A stretch of 64,000 nucleotides of DNA, taken from Sandaracinaceae bacterium. Its GTDB lineage: Bacteria; Myxococcota_A; Polyangia; Polyangiales; Sandaracinaceae. Below, piece by piece: positions 48,956 to 61,262 of this stretch. The position numbers and the translations under genes are program-made. Positions within the stretch are counted from its first letter, which is position 1, and every line of letters starts with the position of its first letter. The stretch lies in the NCBI GenBank assembly GCA_044220955.1, contig JBGAQA010000005.1, forward strand, positions 41,897 through 105,896, in the 5' to 3' direction. Below the pieces are notes generated by a model that made no database searches, was not told the DNA's origin, and saw only the letters and a list, made by a program, of their open reading frames with translations.

Positions 48956-49570
48956 ATGTTCGTCCGAGCCCACGCGCCGACCCTCGCGATCTCGCTCGCC
49001 CTCTGCGTCGCCGGCTGCGCGCTCGCGCACGAGCGCGAGACGACCCGCGACGCGGCCGCGGACGCCGTGATCCTCGTGGACGGCGGCCCAGGGTGCCCGG
49101 CGCCGACGGCGTACTTCGAGCCGGGCTGCGGGGCGACCGACGCGCCGGTCACGCCCGGCTGCTATCGCCCGTGCGCGGGGGCTGGCGATGCGTCGTGCAG
49201 CGCGGGCACGGTCTGCCGACGCACCGACGTGAACCCGTGCCTCTGCCGGCCGGGCCTCGACTGCTGCGGCGCGTGCGGCGCCGAGGCGTGGCTCTGCCTG
49301 CCGCCCCCGCCGGTCCGGCCCTGCGAGGCGCGCAGCTACTGCGACTGCACGGGCGCTTGCGTCCCGCTGATCGACCTCACGACGGGGTGCGTCTGCCCGT
49401 GCGACGAGCCCTTCCTCTGCGGCGGGCCGCCCTGCGACTGCGACTGCGGCGGCGCGACGTACCTCGGCTGCGCGAGCGTCGGCGCGTGCGCGACGCCCGA
49501 GCTCGGCTGCCCGGCCGGACAGCGCGCGCTGCTGCGCGATGGCTGCCCCGCCTGCGTCGGCACGCGCTGA
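48956..49570 (+). CDS. Cys-rich lipoprotein
   Basis: GGAG RBS, VAGC lipobox, very high Cys content. Confidence 0.7.
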   Translation: MFVRAHAPTLAISLALCVAGCALAHERETTRDAAADAVILVDGGPGCPAPTAYFEPGCGATDAPVTPGCYRPCAGAGDASCSAGTVCRRTDVNPCLCRPGLDCCGACGAEAWLCLPPPPVRPCEARSYCDCTGACVPLIDLTTGCVCPCDEPFLCGGPPCDCDCGGATYLGCASVGACATPELGCPAGQRALLRDGCPACVGTR

Positions 49571-49597
49571 CGCGGCAGACCTATACTCTCTCGCGAC

Positions 49598-50755
49598 ATG
49601 CCCAGCGCTCGCGCCTGGCTGCCCGCCCTGGCCACCCTCGTCGCGTGCAGCGGCTCGCGCGCGACGCCGGTCGAGCCACCGGCGCCGCCGCTTCCAGAGC
49701 CGCCGGCGCCGCTGCAGGACCGAACGTGCTGCGCCTTCGGGATGGATCTGCACGCCGAGCTCGTCGGCGTCGACGTCCCGCTCTTCGAGCTGGGCAACAT
49801 CATCGACGTCAGCGGCCTGGGGGGGCACGTCTACGACCTGCGCGAGGACGTGCGGACGCCCGAGCAGAACGGGCTCGTGTACACGTGCCGCGGCGGATGG
49901 ATCGACACCGCTCACGTCCGCGACAGCGCGGACCAGGCCTTCTTCCTCACGCGCCACCTCGCGCCCTTGCTGGCTCGCGGCGGCACGATCGTCGTGCCCG
50001 CGAGCGACACGTCCACCACGATCGTGGTGCGCGCCGTCGATCCCGACGTCCTCACGCGGATCGGCGCCGCGCACGTGGCCGCCACCCTCGCACGCTGGAT
50101 CGTCTTCCGGATCGCCGTCTGGCACGAGGCCGCGACCTGGTATGGCTACGAGAGCGTCCCCGGCTTCCCGGAGCGCCTCTCGGCGTTCTCGGTCGAGGAT
50201 CTCTACTCGGACGCGCTGGGCGCGCGCCTCGGCGCCGAGCTCGGCGAGCGGCGCGACGTGGCCACGGTAGAGCAGTACGAGGACGCCGCGCGGGTCTCGA
50301 TCCTTCGCTCGCTCGAGCACCTCGCGGCGCAGCCCGTCGATCGGAGCCGAGCGATCATGGGCGCGCTCGACGGGCGCTGGTGGACCTCGACGAGGCGCGT
50401 CCCGGACGTCCAGCTCGTGCTCCGGCGCGCGTTCCCGCCCGACGGGCGTGAGCTACGACCGTGGCGGATCGAGGACGCCTTCCCGGGAGTCGCCGTCCCC
50501 GGTGGGGTCGGCGTGCCTTGCGCAGACGCGAGCGCGCGGACGGTGCACGTTCCGGACGAGATCGGCGGCCTGCCGGTCGCGTCGCTCGTGGAGCTCGAGT
50601 GGCGCCCCGGAGCATGGGCCGACGACACCCTCTCGCTCTCCGATCCGGAGCGCGTGCTCCGCGGCTCGGACCTCGATGCGCTCGTCGCTCGCACGCACGA
50701 GAGCATGCGCGCCACGCTCGGCGACGGCTTCGATCGCCCCGACGGACCCGAGTGA
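49598..50755 (+). CDS. DUF4056-like lipoprotein
   Basis: LVAC lipobox; CCAFG, GLVYTCRGGWIDTAHVRD, WHEAATWYG, SAFSVEDLYSD. Confidence 0.75.
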   Translation: MPSARAWLPALATLVACSGSRATPVEPPAPPLPEPPAPLQDRTCCAFGMDLHAELVGVDVPLFELGNIIDVSGLGGHVYDLREDVRTPEQNGLVYTCRGGWIDTAHVRDSADQAFFLTRHLAPLLARGGTIVVPASDTSTTIVVRAVDPDVLTRIGAAHVAATLARWIVFRIAVWHEAATWYGYESVPGFPERLSAFSVEDLYSDALGARLGAELGERRDVATVEQYEDAARVSILRSLEHLAAQPVDRSRAIMGALDGRWWTSTRRVPDVQLVLRRAFPPDGRELRPWRIEDAFPGVAVPGGVGVPCADASARTVHVPDEIGGLPVASLVELEWRPGAWADDTLSLSDPERVLRGSDLDALVARTHESMRATLGDGFDRPDGPE

Positions 50756-50840
50756 TCTCGACGCGGCGCGTCACCGCTTCGAGCGCGCGATAGCTCACCC
50801 TGACCGGGCCGCGCCGCGATCTGCATGGTACGTCTCGCCC

Positions 50841-51986
50841 ATGACGACGATCGGCCACAGCTCGCCGAGCTCCTTCCCGCAGGGGCAAGGGCCCGTGCGC
50901 GGCGTCGATGCGCTCCCCGGCGACCTGCTCCTGCGCCTGCACGACGTGATGGTCGAGGCGCGCTGCCTCGAGGAGCGCCTGATCCGCATGCAGCGCGGCG
51001 GCGACGGCTACTTCTGGATCGGCGGTCCGGGCGAGGAAGCGTTCAACGCGGCGCTCGGCCTGCTCGTCGACAAGGGCCAGGGGCTCGAGCACGACTACCT
51101 GCACCTCCACTACCGCTCGAGCGCGACGCTGCTCGCGATGGGGGCCGATCCGATCGACGCGCTACGCCAGATGAAGAGCGTCGCGAGCGACCCTTACTCG
51201 GGCGGACGCAACTTCGTCGGGCACTACGCGGTGCGCGCGTGGAACGTCGTGCCGATCACCTCGCCGATCGAGGTGCAGTACCCGCAGGCGATCGGGACGG
51301 CCGTCGCGCAGAAGCGCCACGGCGGCAGCGGCATCACGATCGTGCAGGGCGGCGACGCGGGCAGCGCCGAGGGCGACTTCGCCACCGCGCTCGTGTGGGC
51401 GAGCCGCCCGGCGATGGAGCTGCCGATGCTCGTCATCGTGACGAACAACGGCTGGGGCATCAGCACTCCGGGGCACGAGCAGCACGGCGAGGCGCACGTC
51501 TCGGACCGCGGCAAGCCCTTCGGCATCAAGACGATGATCGTCGACGGCAACGACGTCGAGGCGAGCTACCGCGCGCTCGATCAGGCGATGCAGTACGTGC
51601 GAAACGAGCGCAAGCCGCTCGTGCTCGAGGCGTACGTGTCGCGCCTCTACGGCCACAGCTCGAGCTCGGGCTCGAACTTCGTCGAGAGCGAGATCGACTG
51701 CGTCGCCGAGCTCGAGACGAAGCTCGTGTCGCGCGGTCTGCGCAGCGAGGCGGAGTGCAAGGCGCTGCGCGATCGGATCGAGAAGCGACTGCTCGACGCC
51801 TCGAAGATGGTGACGGCGGAGCCCGCGCCCGAGCCCGGGCAGATCTGGGAGCACGTGTTCGCGGACGAGGACCACGTCGGCAAGGGCGCGATCAAGGCGC
51901 CGCACGACAACAAGAAGTGGCGGCTGCCCGCCTGCGCGTTCCCGACGCAGAAGCCGGTGAAGGCGCCGCGGAAGACGGGGAACTGA
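50841..51986 (+). CDS. 2-oxoacid dehydrogenase E1 alpha subunit
   Basis: GEEA, YRS, TPP motif GDAGSAEGDF...NNGWGIS, VDGND, RLYGHSSS. Confidence 0.9.
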   Translation: MTTIGHSSPSSFPQGQGPVRGVDALPGDLLLRLHDVMVEARCLEERLIRMQRGGDGYFWIGGPGEEAFNAALGLLVDKGQGLEHDYLHLHYRSSATLLAMGADPIDALRQMKSVASDPYSGGRNFVGHYAVRAWNVVPITSPIEVQYPQAIGTAVAQKRHGGSGITIVQGGDAGSAEGDFATALVWASRPAMELPMLVIVTNNGWGISTPGHEQHGEAHVSDRGKPFGIKTMIVDGNDVEASYRALDQAMQYVRNERKPLVLEAYVSRLYGHSSSSGSNFVESEIDCVAELETKLVSRGLRSEAECKALRDRIEKRLLDASKMVTAEPAPEPGQIWEHVFADEDHVGKGAIKAPHDNKKWRLPACAFPTQKPVKAPRKTGN

Positions 51987-51988
51987 TC

Positions 51989-53152
51989 ATGGCGACGATG
52001 GTCCAGGCGATCCGCATGGCGCTGCACGTGGGCGAGACGCAGCTCGGCGTCACGGACATCCTCGGCGAGGACGTGGGCCCGCCGCTCGGCGGCGTCTTCA
52101 CGGCGACGCAGGGCCTCAAGACCACGTGGAACACGCCGCTCGACGAGCGCGGGATCGTGGGCGCGGCGATCGGCCTGGCGCTCGCGGGCCAGAAGCCGGT
52201 CGCCGAGATCCAGTTCTGCGACTACGCGTTCAACACGATCGACCTGCTCAAGCTCGCCGGCAACACGTACTGGTCGTCGAACGGCGCGTTCAACGTGCCG
52301 CTCGTGCTGATGACGCCCGTGGGCTCGGGCATCCACGGCAGCCTCTATCACTCGCACTCGTTCGACGCGACGGCGACGCGAATCCCCGGCTGGAAGATCC
52401 TGATGCCGAGCAACCCGCGCGACGCGTACGGGATGCTGATCTCGGCGATCGAGGACCCGAACCCGGTGATGGTGCTCGTGCCCAAGGCGCTGATGCGCAG
52501 CAAGGCGAGCGGCCCGGACGAGCTCATCCCCGGCGAGCCGGAGGATCCGCGCGCGCTCGGCAAGATGATCGACGCCCCGATCGGCGACCGCGAGAACTGG
52601 GTGCCGGAGTGGCCGCCGACCGCGCTCGAGCGCGTGCCGATCGGCGTCGCGAAGACGGTGCGCGAGGGCAGCGACGTCAGCGTGTTCGCGTACGGACGCA
52701 TGGTGCAGCTCGCGAGGAAGGCCGCCGACGAGCTGGCCGAGAGCGGCGGCATCGACGCCGAGGTGATCGACCTGCGCTCGCTGCACCCCTACGACTGGGC
52801 CGCGATCTCGAGCTCGATCCGGAAGACGACCCGCGCGGTGTTCGTCAACGAGGACACCGAGATCACCAACTTCGGCGAGCACCTCATCCGGCGCGCGGTC
52901 GAGGAGCTCTGGGACGTGCTGCGCACGCCGCCGGTGCTGGAGGCGGGCAAGCACGTCCCGGGCGTGGGCCTGGCCGACAACCTCGAGAACGCCAGCGTGC
53001 CCGGCCTTCCGTCGGTGAAGGCGGCGATCGAGCGCGCCATGCGCGGCCCCGAGCGCCCGGGCCTGTTCCCGCGGAAGCCGCGCGTCGCGATGGACTACAC
53101 GCTGACGCACGAGCCACCGGGCTCGATCGCGACCGCCTACCGACACCGCTGA
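51989..53152 (+). CDS. 2-oxoacid dehydrogenase E1 beta subunit
   Basis: GEDVG..GGVF.AT.GL, NTPLDE, VAEIQFCDY, HSHS, EVIDLRSL. Confidence 0.92.
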   Translation: MATMVQAIRMALHVGETQLGVTDILGEDVGPPLGGVFTATQGLKTTWNTPLDERGIVGAAIGLALAGQKPVAEIQFCDYAFNTIDLLKLAGNTYWSSNGAFNVPLVLMTPVGSGIHGSLYHSHSFDATATRIPGWKILMPSNPRDAYGMLISAIEDPNPVMVLVPKALMRSKASGPDELIPGEPEDPRALGKMIDAPIGDRENWVPEWPPTALERVPIGVAKTVREGSDVSVFAYGRMVQLARKAADELAESGGIDAEVIDLRSLHPYDWAAISSSIRKTTRAVFVNEDTEITNFGEHLIRRAVEELWDVLRTPPVLEAGKHVPGVGLADNLENASVPGLPSVKAAIERAMRGPERPGLFPRKPRVAMDYTLTHEPPGSIATAYRHR

Positions 53153-53191
53153 GCGCTCATCGAAGGACGTGTCGTGTAGGATCGCGCGCGG

Positions 53192-53770
53192 ATGTCCGAC
53201 GATCCCACCTTCATCGACCCCAAGCCCGGCCCGCCGCCGGTGCCGGAGGAGGCGATCAAGACGGACCCGGACAGCCCCTTCGCGCCGCCGCCGAAGGTCA
53301 CCAAGGGCAAGTTCGCGCCGCCGCCGCCCGAGCCGGCGCAGCCGAGCAAGTACGACTGGGGCAAGGTCTCGTACGGCAAGGCGCCGATCGCGACCGGGCC
53401 GCCGAAGGTGCTCGGCATCGTGTGCACCGGGTGGGTGCTCTTCACCCTCTTCCAGCTCTGGGTCTGGCTGCCCGAGGAGATCGTGGTCCCCGGCTGCCCG
53501 GGGATCGCCGGGATCGTGTCGCTCCTGCTCGCGGTGTACGCGTGGTCGGGCCGGAACTGGGCGCGGATCTTCGCCATGATCAACGCGGCGGCGTGGGCGA
53601 TCGGCGCGGTGATCCTCGCGCAGACGCCCTCGTACGAGCACCTCGCGCCGGGCGCCAAGCCGATCACGCTGCTCCGCGCGGCGTTCGAGATCTTCGCCGG
53701 CTACGCGCTGAACCGGCCCGAGTGCGTGGCCTTCTTCGAGCTCAGGAAGGGCTACACGCCGAAGTGGTGA
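53192..53770 (+). CDS. Hypothetical membrane protein with Pro-rich N-terminus
   Basis: About 4 TM; GRNWARI motif. Confidence 0.7.
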   Translation: MSDDPTFIDPKPGPPPVPEEAIKTDPDSPFAPPPKVTKGKFAPPPPEPAQPSKYDWGKVSYGKAPIATGPPKVLGIVCTGWVLFTLFQLWVWLPEEIVVPGCPGIAGIVSLLLAVYAWSGRNWARIFAMINAAAWAIGAVILAQTPSYEHLAPGAKPITLLRAAFEIFAGYALNRPECVAFFELRKGYTPKW

Positions 53771-54786
53771 GGGTCCGCGCGCGCCTCCACGATGCGGCGC
53801 TCGCCGCGCTCGTGATGCTCCCGACGCTGGCCATCGCGCAGTCGACGGCGCCCGAGGCGCGCGTGCCGCTGAGCACCGGCTTCGTGCCCGATCCGGCCGT
53901 GCTCGAGGGTCACGCGCACGGCGCGCGCTCGCTCGCCGATCTCGGAGGCCACGAGTGCGCGGGCTTCGTCGGCGATCGCCCGAGCCACGTGATGAACCTC
54001 GACACGCGCTTCGGCTTCCTGCGCATCTTCGCCACGAGCCCGACCGATCTCGTGCTCGGCGTTCACGCGATCGACGCTTCGGGCCGGCCGGTGTGGCTCT
54101 GCAGCGACGATCGCTTCGACACGGCGCCGGGCGTCGAGGGCGTGTTCCCGCGCGGACGCGTGGAGATCTGGGTCGGTACGCACACGCTCGGCGCGAGCGC
54201 CGACTACGTGCTCAGCTTCACCGAGACGCGCAGCGTGCGCCCCGGTATCGGCACGGGGAGCACCGCGGACGATCGCAGCGCCGCGACCGAGCTCGGCCTC
54301 GACACGACGGCGGGCCCTCGGTACGACGACATCCACGTCCACCGCGGGTTCTTGCCCGACCCGCGCTGGCTCGAGGGCGAGGCCGGCCTCGCGGTGGCCG
54401 CGGAGGGCGCAGACGCAGGCCCGGACGTCGAGCCCATCGAGGTGACGCTGCTCGGTAACGGCTGCGGCGGCCTCGTGCAGGCCAGCCCCGCGCACGTGGT
54501 CACGCTGCTCGACGACTTCGACTTCCTCCAGCTCTATCTCTGCGAGCCCGCCGAGGACGAGCACACGCGCTGCACGCCCACGCACGAGCCGCTCTCGATC
54601 GTGGTGCTCGCGCCCGACGGCTCGTTCCGCTGCGAGGCGGCCGACGAGTCGGTCACCGCGCTCTCGCGCGGCATCGCCGAGGGCGGCTGGCCGGCCGGCG
54701 ACTACCGCGTCTGGGTGGGCGTTCACCACTCGAGCACGCACGAGCGATACCGCATGGGCATCAGCGAGCTGCGCCGCGTGCAGTGA
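53767..54786 (+). CDS. Secreted protein with two GFxPDP domains
   Basis: Signal ending AIA-Q; internal duplication GFVPDP..CAGFV..PSH and GFLPDP..CGGLV..PAH; start uncertain. Confidence 0.65.
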   Translation: MRVRARLHDAALAALVMLPTLAIAQSTAPEARVPLSTGFVPDPAVLEGHAHGARSLADLGGHECAGFVGDRPSHVMNLDTRFGFLRIFATSPTDLVLGVHAIDASGRPVWLCSDDRFDTAPGVEGVFPRGRVEIWVGTHTLGASADYVLSFTETRSVRPGIGTGSTADDRSAATELGLDTTAGPRYDDIHVHRGFLPDPRWLEGEAGLAVAAEGADAGPDVEPIEVTLLGNGCGGLVQASPAHVVTLLDDFDFLQLYLCEPAEDEHTRCTPTHEPLSIVVLAPDGSFRCEAADESVTALSRGIAEGGWPAGDYRVWVGVHHSSTHERYRMGISELRRVQ

Positions 54787-54836
54787 GGGCCGGGCCTCGT
54801 TGCTCGTCCGGGGCGGCGCGCGGTACGGTTCGGGCG

Positions 54837-56192
54837 ATGCGTTCTGCCCTCGTCGCCCTCGCGCTGTCGATGGCCGCGTGCGCTGCGCCGACGCCGGCCG
54901 AGGTCATCGCGTCCGATCGGCTCTGCGCGCGCCTGGAGGAGGCGATCACCCGCGGGCGGCTCGCCTGCTGCGGCGCCAGCGGGCCCGCGGCCGACGATCT
55001 CACCGGCTTCGTCACGGGCTGCTCTCACCTCCGCGCGCTGGTCGACGACCCACGGGTCGGGCTGGACGGCGCGGCCGCAGCCGTGATCGTGGACGAGCTC
55101 GAGCAGCGCCTCGCCACCTGCGACGGCGCGTGGCTCGCGTGGGCGAGCTCCGCCGAGGGCCTGCGCAACCTCTACGCGGGCACGCGCGGCCTCGGGACGA
55201 TGTGCGACGTCAGCACGGGGATGGCCGACGCCGCAGGGATCCTCTCGTGCGTCGACGGCTACTGCCCGACGCGCACGGACGAGCTGGCGACGGCCTTCGT
55301 CTGCGCTCCCTTCCGGCGCGAGGGGACGTCGTGCGAGTCGGACCTCGAGTGCACGCCCGGCCTCGTCTGCTCCGCCTCGGGAACGACGCTCGGGGCGTGC
55401 ATGACGCCCCACGCGGACGGCGCCGGCTGCGGCCAGGGCGCCGAGTGCCGCTCGGGATACTGCGCCTCCGGCCGCTGCAGCCCGACGTCCACCACGCGAC
55501 CGGAGACGATCTGCGCACCCGCGGCGCCGCCCCCACCGACCGACCGCGACGTGGAGCTCGTGCTCGACGGCTTCGACGTGTCCCCGACGCGGACCGTGAC
55601 GCTGCGCGTCCTCGACGCCGCGGCCCGTCAGCTCACGTACTTCGAGGCGATCGGCCTCGCGACGGCCAGCTCCACGCACCTCATCCCGAGGACCGTTCCC
55701 ACGGGGATGACCGCGATCGCGCAGATCACCACCGTCGATCCCGCGGCGGCCGCGCCCGAGATGCGGACGTGGGAGCTCCCCGTCGCAGCCGAGGGGCCCC
55801 TCACTCTCGCGGTGGCCTTCTCCGATCCGACGACGCCGCTCGGCGCGATGCCGCCCGGCTCGATCGACGCGCTCTTCGAGCTGCAGCTCTCGAGCTTCGA
55901 CTCGGAGCTGGGCAAGACCTTCCAGCTCCGGCTCGTGAACGCGAGCGGGCGCACCGTCGGGCAGGTGCGGCTCGACACGATCCCCGATCTCTCGTTCCGG
56001 ATCGGCATCCCGGACTCCGTCGTCCCAGCGGTGCGCTACGAGTTCCTCATGTACGTGGACGAGAACGCGGACGGGGCGTACCAGCCGCCCCCCGTCGATC
56101 ACGCGTGGCGCGCGTACGCGACGGCGCCAGGGCTCGGAGGGCTCTCACTGCCCTACGCGTGGACCAGCGCCTACCAGGACGTCGCGTTCTGA
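54837..56192 (+). CDS. Cys-rich lipoprotein with C-terminal beta-sandwich domains
   Basis: MAAC lipobox; GxxCxxxxECxxGxC units; YVDENADG loop. Confidence 0.7.
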   Translation: MRSALVALALSMAACAAPTPAEVIASDRLCARLEEAITRGRLACCGASGPAADDLTGFVTGCSHLRALVDDPRVGLDGAAAAVIVDELEQRLATCDGAWLAWASSAEGLRNLYAGTRGLGTMCDVSTGMADAAGILSCVDGYCPTRTDELATAFVCAPFRREGTSCESDLECTPGLVCSASGTTLGACMTPHADGAGCGQGAECRSGYCASGRCSPTSTTRPETICAPAAPPPPTDRDVELVLDGFDVSPTRTVTLRVLDAAARQLTYFEAIGLATASSTHLIPRTVPTGMTAIAQITTVDPAAAAPEMRTWELPVAAEGPLTLAVAFSDPTTPLGAMPPGSIDALFELQLSSFDSELGKTFQLRLVNASGRTVGQVRLDTIPDLSFRIGIPDSVVPAVRYEFLMYVDENADGAYQPPPVDHAWRAYATAPGLGGLSLPYAWTSAYQDVAF

Positions 56193-57610
56193 TGGCGGCT
56201 CGGCTGGCCGTGCTCGTCCTGCTCGTCGCGGCGTTCCCTGGCTGCTCGGCGCTCGGCCTCTTCGACGCGATGCCCGCGACGTCGTGCGTGCGAGACGAGG
56301 ACTGCCAGGTGCCAGGCCTCGTCGAGGACCCCTGCGTGCGATTCACGTGCAACCTCACGTCGCGCTTCTGCGTCGGGAGCCTCGTGGACCACGACGGCGA
56401 CGGGCAGGCGCCGGTCGGCTGCGCGAGCAGCCGCTTCGCCGCCCTCGGGAGGGCCACCGACTGCGACGACTCCGACACGTTCACGTACGCCGGCGCCGTC
56501 GAGGTCTGCAGCGCGACGGACAACGACTGCGACGGGGCCGTCGACGAGGACTGCCTGCAGCCGCAGCTCACCACCGGTGCTCTGCACAACTGCTATCTCG
56601 CCGGGCCGACGCTCGTGTGCTGGGGGGCCAACCTGCACGGCGAGCTCGGGACGGGGATGCCGATGGAGTTCGGCGGGCACCCGCGCAGCGTCGTGGGGAT
56701 CAGCGACGCGACGAGCGTCGTCGCCGGGCTCGACGCCACCTGCGCGACGGTGCGCGACGGGCGCGTCTTCTGCTGGGGCAGCGACGAGCACGGACAGCTG
56801 GCCGTGACCGGCGTCGCGCGGCGGCTCGCGCCCGTGGAGGTCCCTGCGCTCGAGGGCGCCTCGCACCTCGCGCTCGGCAGCTCGCACGGCTGCGCGCTCC
56901 TCGCGGGCGACGTCGTGTGCTGGGGGCGGAACGAGGCCGGGCAGCTCGGGGACGGCACGACCGACGATCGGACCGTCCCCTTCGTCGTGCCCGGAACCCA
57001 CGGGGCGCTCGACGTCGCGGCCGGCGCCGGAGCGAGCTGTGCCGTGTTGTCCGACCGGACCGTGACTTGCTGGGGCACCGGCGCGGTGCGCACGGGCTGC
57101 GGGGGCTCGACCACGCCCTGCCCCGTTCCTGGGCTCACCGGCGTCACGGAGGTCGCGATGGGGGTGGGATACGCGTGCGCCAGGCGCGGCGCCGAGACCG
57201 CCGTCTGCTGGGGCGACGACACCTACTACCAGCTCGGCAGCGTCGAGGCCGTCGCCGGCGGGCCTGGCATCCACCCGATCGAGTTCGCGCTGGCGCCGGA
57301 CGCGCTCTCGGCGGGCGCGTTCCACGCGTGCTTGCTCTCGGGCGGGCACCTCTGGTGCTGGGGCAACGACACGGCGCATCAGCTCGGTCTCGACGTGGGG
57401 GCGACGTTCCAGGTGTCGCCGGTGGCCAGCCAGGTGAGCCTCGACGACCTCGTGGACGTCGGCGCCGGCGCAGCGCACACGTGCGTGCTGCGGCGAACGG
57501 GCGACGTGCTCTGCTGGGGACTGAACGACTGGGGCCAGCTGGGAGCGATGGCGGACGCCTTCGAGGTCGTTCGGCCGCTCGCGACGTGGGTGAGCGATGG
57601 TCGCCCCTGA
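56192..57610 (+). CDS. RCC1-repeat lipoprotein with DCDD/DNDCDG putative metal-binding motif
   Basis: FPGC lipobox; DHDGDG, DCDD...EVC...DNDCDGAVDE; about 7 HxC...CWGxNxxGQLG repeats. Confidence 0.88.
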   Translation: MAARLAVLVLLVAAFPGCSALGLFDAMPATSCVRDEDCQVPGLVEDPCVRFTCNLTSRFCVGSLVDHDGDGQAPVGCASSRFAALGRATDCDDSDTFTYAGAVEVCSATDNDCDGAVDEDCLQPQLTTGALHNCYLAGPTLVCWGANLHGELGTGMPMEFGGHPRSVVGISDATSVVAGLDATCATVRDGRVFCWGSDEHGQLAVTGVARRLAPVEVPALEGASHLALGSSHGCALLAGDVVCWGRNEAGQLGDGTTDDRTVPFVVPGTHGALDVAAGAGASCAVLSDRTVTCWGTGAVRTGCGGSTTPCPVPGLTGVTEVAMGVGYACARRGAETAVCWGDDTYYQLGSVEAVAGGPGIHPIEFALAPDALSAGAFHACLLSGGHLWCWGNDTAHQLGLDVGATFQVSPVASQVSLDDLVDVGAGAAHTCVLRRTGDVLCWGLNDWGQLGAMADAFEVVRPLATWVSDGRP

Positions 57611-58543
57611 CCGGCACCGCGTCGCGCTCGCGATCGCGCTCGGGATCATCCTGGCGACGAGCGCGGAGGGCGCGCTCGCGCAGACGGATGCGGCCGAGCC
57701 CGGCGTGCCCGCCGACCCGCCGGAGCGGATCGAGGCGCGCCAGCGCTATCAACAGGGCGTCGTCTTCTTCCGCGGCGAACGCTACCGTGAGGCCATCGCC
57801 GAGTTCACCGCCGCCTACGCGGCGTGGGACAACCCCCTCATCCTCTACTCGCTCGGTCAGAGCTACGAGCACCTGCTCGAGGTGCCGCGAGCGATCGACG
57901 CCTACACGCGCTTCCTCGCGGCGGTCCCCGAGGACGACCCACGCCGGACGGAGGTCACGGCCAAGCTCGACACGCTCCGCCTCCTGCTCGCGACGCTCCA
58001 CGTGGACGCGAACGTCCCCGCGACGATCTGGATCGGCGGCGAGGAGATGGGGACGGCCCCGGGAGACGTGCAGCTGGCGGTGGGGCGCTGGGACGTGGAG
58101 GTGCGCGCCGATGGCTACGAGACACACCGCGAGACCATCTCGCTCGCCGCGCGCGCGACCGAGACGTTGAGCGTCGTGCTCGCTCCGGCGCACACCACGC
58201 GGGTCATCGAGCGTGGCGGCGACGTACCCTTGCCGGTCTTCGTCACCCTCACGGTCGCGGCGCTGCTGGCGACGGGCGCCGCGATCGGCCTCGGGGTCCA
58301 CACGTTGGATCTGAGCCGCGCGTACGCCGGACCTCCGATGGGCACCGTCGCGGACCAGGCCGCGGGACGTACCTGGTCGACGGCGACGGACATCGTGGGC
58401 ATCAGCGCGGGCGCGCTCGCCATCGCCGCGTTCGTCGTGGCGTTCCTCACCGACTGGGACGGCGAGGCGGCCTCGCCCGCTCCCGTCCGTGCAGGGCTGG
58501 TCGCGACGCCCGACGGTGCGATGCTCTGGCTCGGAGGGACGCC

Positions 58544-58547
<4 letters not shown>
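57597..58547 (+). CDS. TPR + PEGA domain membrane protein
   Basis: Signal peptide; ARQRYQQG...YSLGQSY TPR; PEGA-like ATIWIGG..GTAP...VRADGY; C-terminal TMs. Confidence 0.85.
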
Positions 58548-60193
<1,646 letters not shown>

Positions 60194-60226
60194 GCAACGA
60201 GGCCGTGTTGTCGTAGGCTCGGGCGC

Positions 60227-60622
60227 GTGACCGACCCGCTACCGCCGCTCCCGGAGCGCGAGACGCTGCGCCTGCACCAGGCGAACGAGCGCACGCAGCT
60301 CGCGTGGGTGCGCACGGCGCTCGCGATGATGGGCTTCGGCTTCGTGGTCGCGCGCTTCGGCCTCTTCCTTCGCGAGCTCGCCGCGGCGCGGGGAACGCCT
60401 GTCCCGCCGGGAGCTCCGGGGTCTCTCTGGGCCGGAATCGCGCTCGCGGCGCTGGGCGTCGTGACGGTGCTCGCATCGATGATCCGGTTCCGGAGCACGG
60501 CAGCCGCGATCGAGCGCCACGACGTGGGCGCCCCGACCGGCACGGCGTGGATCTACGGGGTCGGGGCCGCGATCATCGTGATCGGAGTCGCGATCGGCAT
60601 CCTTCTCGTCGCCGCCCGCTGA
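60227..60622 (+). CDS. DUF202 / YidH family membrane protein
   Basis: [26 protein letters not shown]. Confidence 0.92.
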   Translation: MTDPLPPLPERETLRLHQANERTQLAWVRTALAMMGFGFVVARFGLFLRELAAARGTPVPPGAPGSLWAGIALAALGVVTVLASMIRFRSTAAAIERHDVGAPTGTAWIYGVGAAIIVIGVAIGILLVAAR

Positions 60623-60651
60623 ACAGATCTCCGAAACCGCTGCGCCGCGGC

Positions 60652-60957
60652 TCAGCGTGGCAGCCGCGGGCGACCACGCCGCGGCCCGCCCCAGATCGCG
60701 ATGACGTGAACCACGGACGCGTCGCGGTCGACCGTGAAGTACACATGGTTGCGTGAAACCTTCAGCAGGCATCGGTACACCGGGCCGCGCTTGCGCACGA
60801 GTCTCGCTGGCAGCGGGCTCGTCGACAGCGACCCGAACGCTTCCGCCAGTTCAACCCTGAACCGATCCGGCGAGTCCGGGCGGTGCTCGCGCCACCAAGC
60901 TTCGATCTCCTGCGCCTGCGCGAGCGCCTCGGGTCGTACGGTGACGACGAAGCTCAC
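60652..60957 (-). CDS. Type II toxin, RelE/ParE family
   Basis: About 101 aa; AxAQ...WWREHR, HVYFTVD, VHVIAIWG; GTG start overlaps the antitoxin stop. Confidence 0.8.
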   Translation of the reverse strand: MSFVVTVRPEALAQAQEIEAWWREHRPDSPDRFRVELAEAFGSLSTSPLPARLVRKRGPVYRCLLKVSRNHVYFTVDRDASVVHVIAIWGGPRRGRPRLPR

Positions 60958-61193
60958 GGGCGCGCGCGAAGCGACGCGATGACCTCCGCGGCGGGAATGC
61001 CGGGCAGCCCCCCCGCAATCTCGGCGAGGCCCCGGTCGATACACGCCTCGAGCTCGGCGCGCTCTGCGGGCTCCATGTCCTCGAGGCTGTCTGCTTCGTC
61101 GACGATCAGGTCGAGCTCGGTTCCATCCGGTAGCTCGGTCGGCTCATCGACCAGCATCCGCCCGTTCCGCACCCGCGCTCGAACCGTTCGCAT
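60954..61193 (-). CDS. Putative antitoxin
   Basis: 79 aa acidic protein; LVDEPTELPDGTEL and IPAAEVIASLR tail; coupled upstream of the toxin. Confidence 0.75.
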   Translation of the reverse strand: MRTVRARVRNGRMLVDEPTELPDGTELDLIVDEADSLEDMEPAERAELEACIDRGLAEIAGGLPGIPAAEVIASLRARP

Positions 61194-61262
61194 GACCCCA
61201 CGGTAGCACGCGATCCCGCCTGTCGGCGCGCACGCGCATCGCGACGACGAGCGACCGTCACC

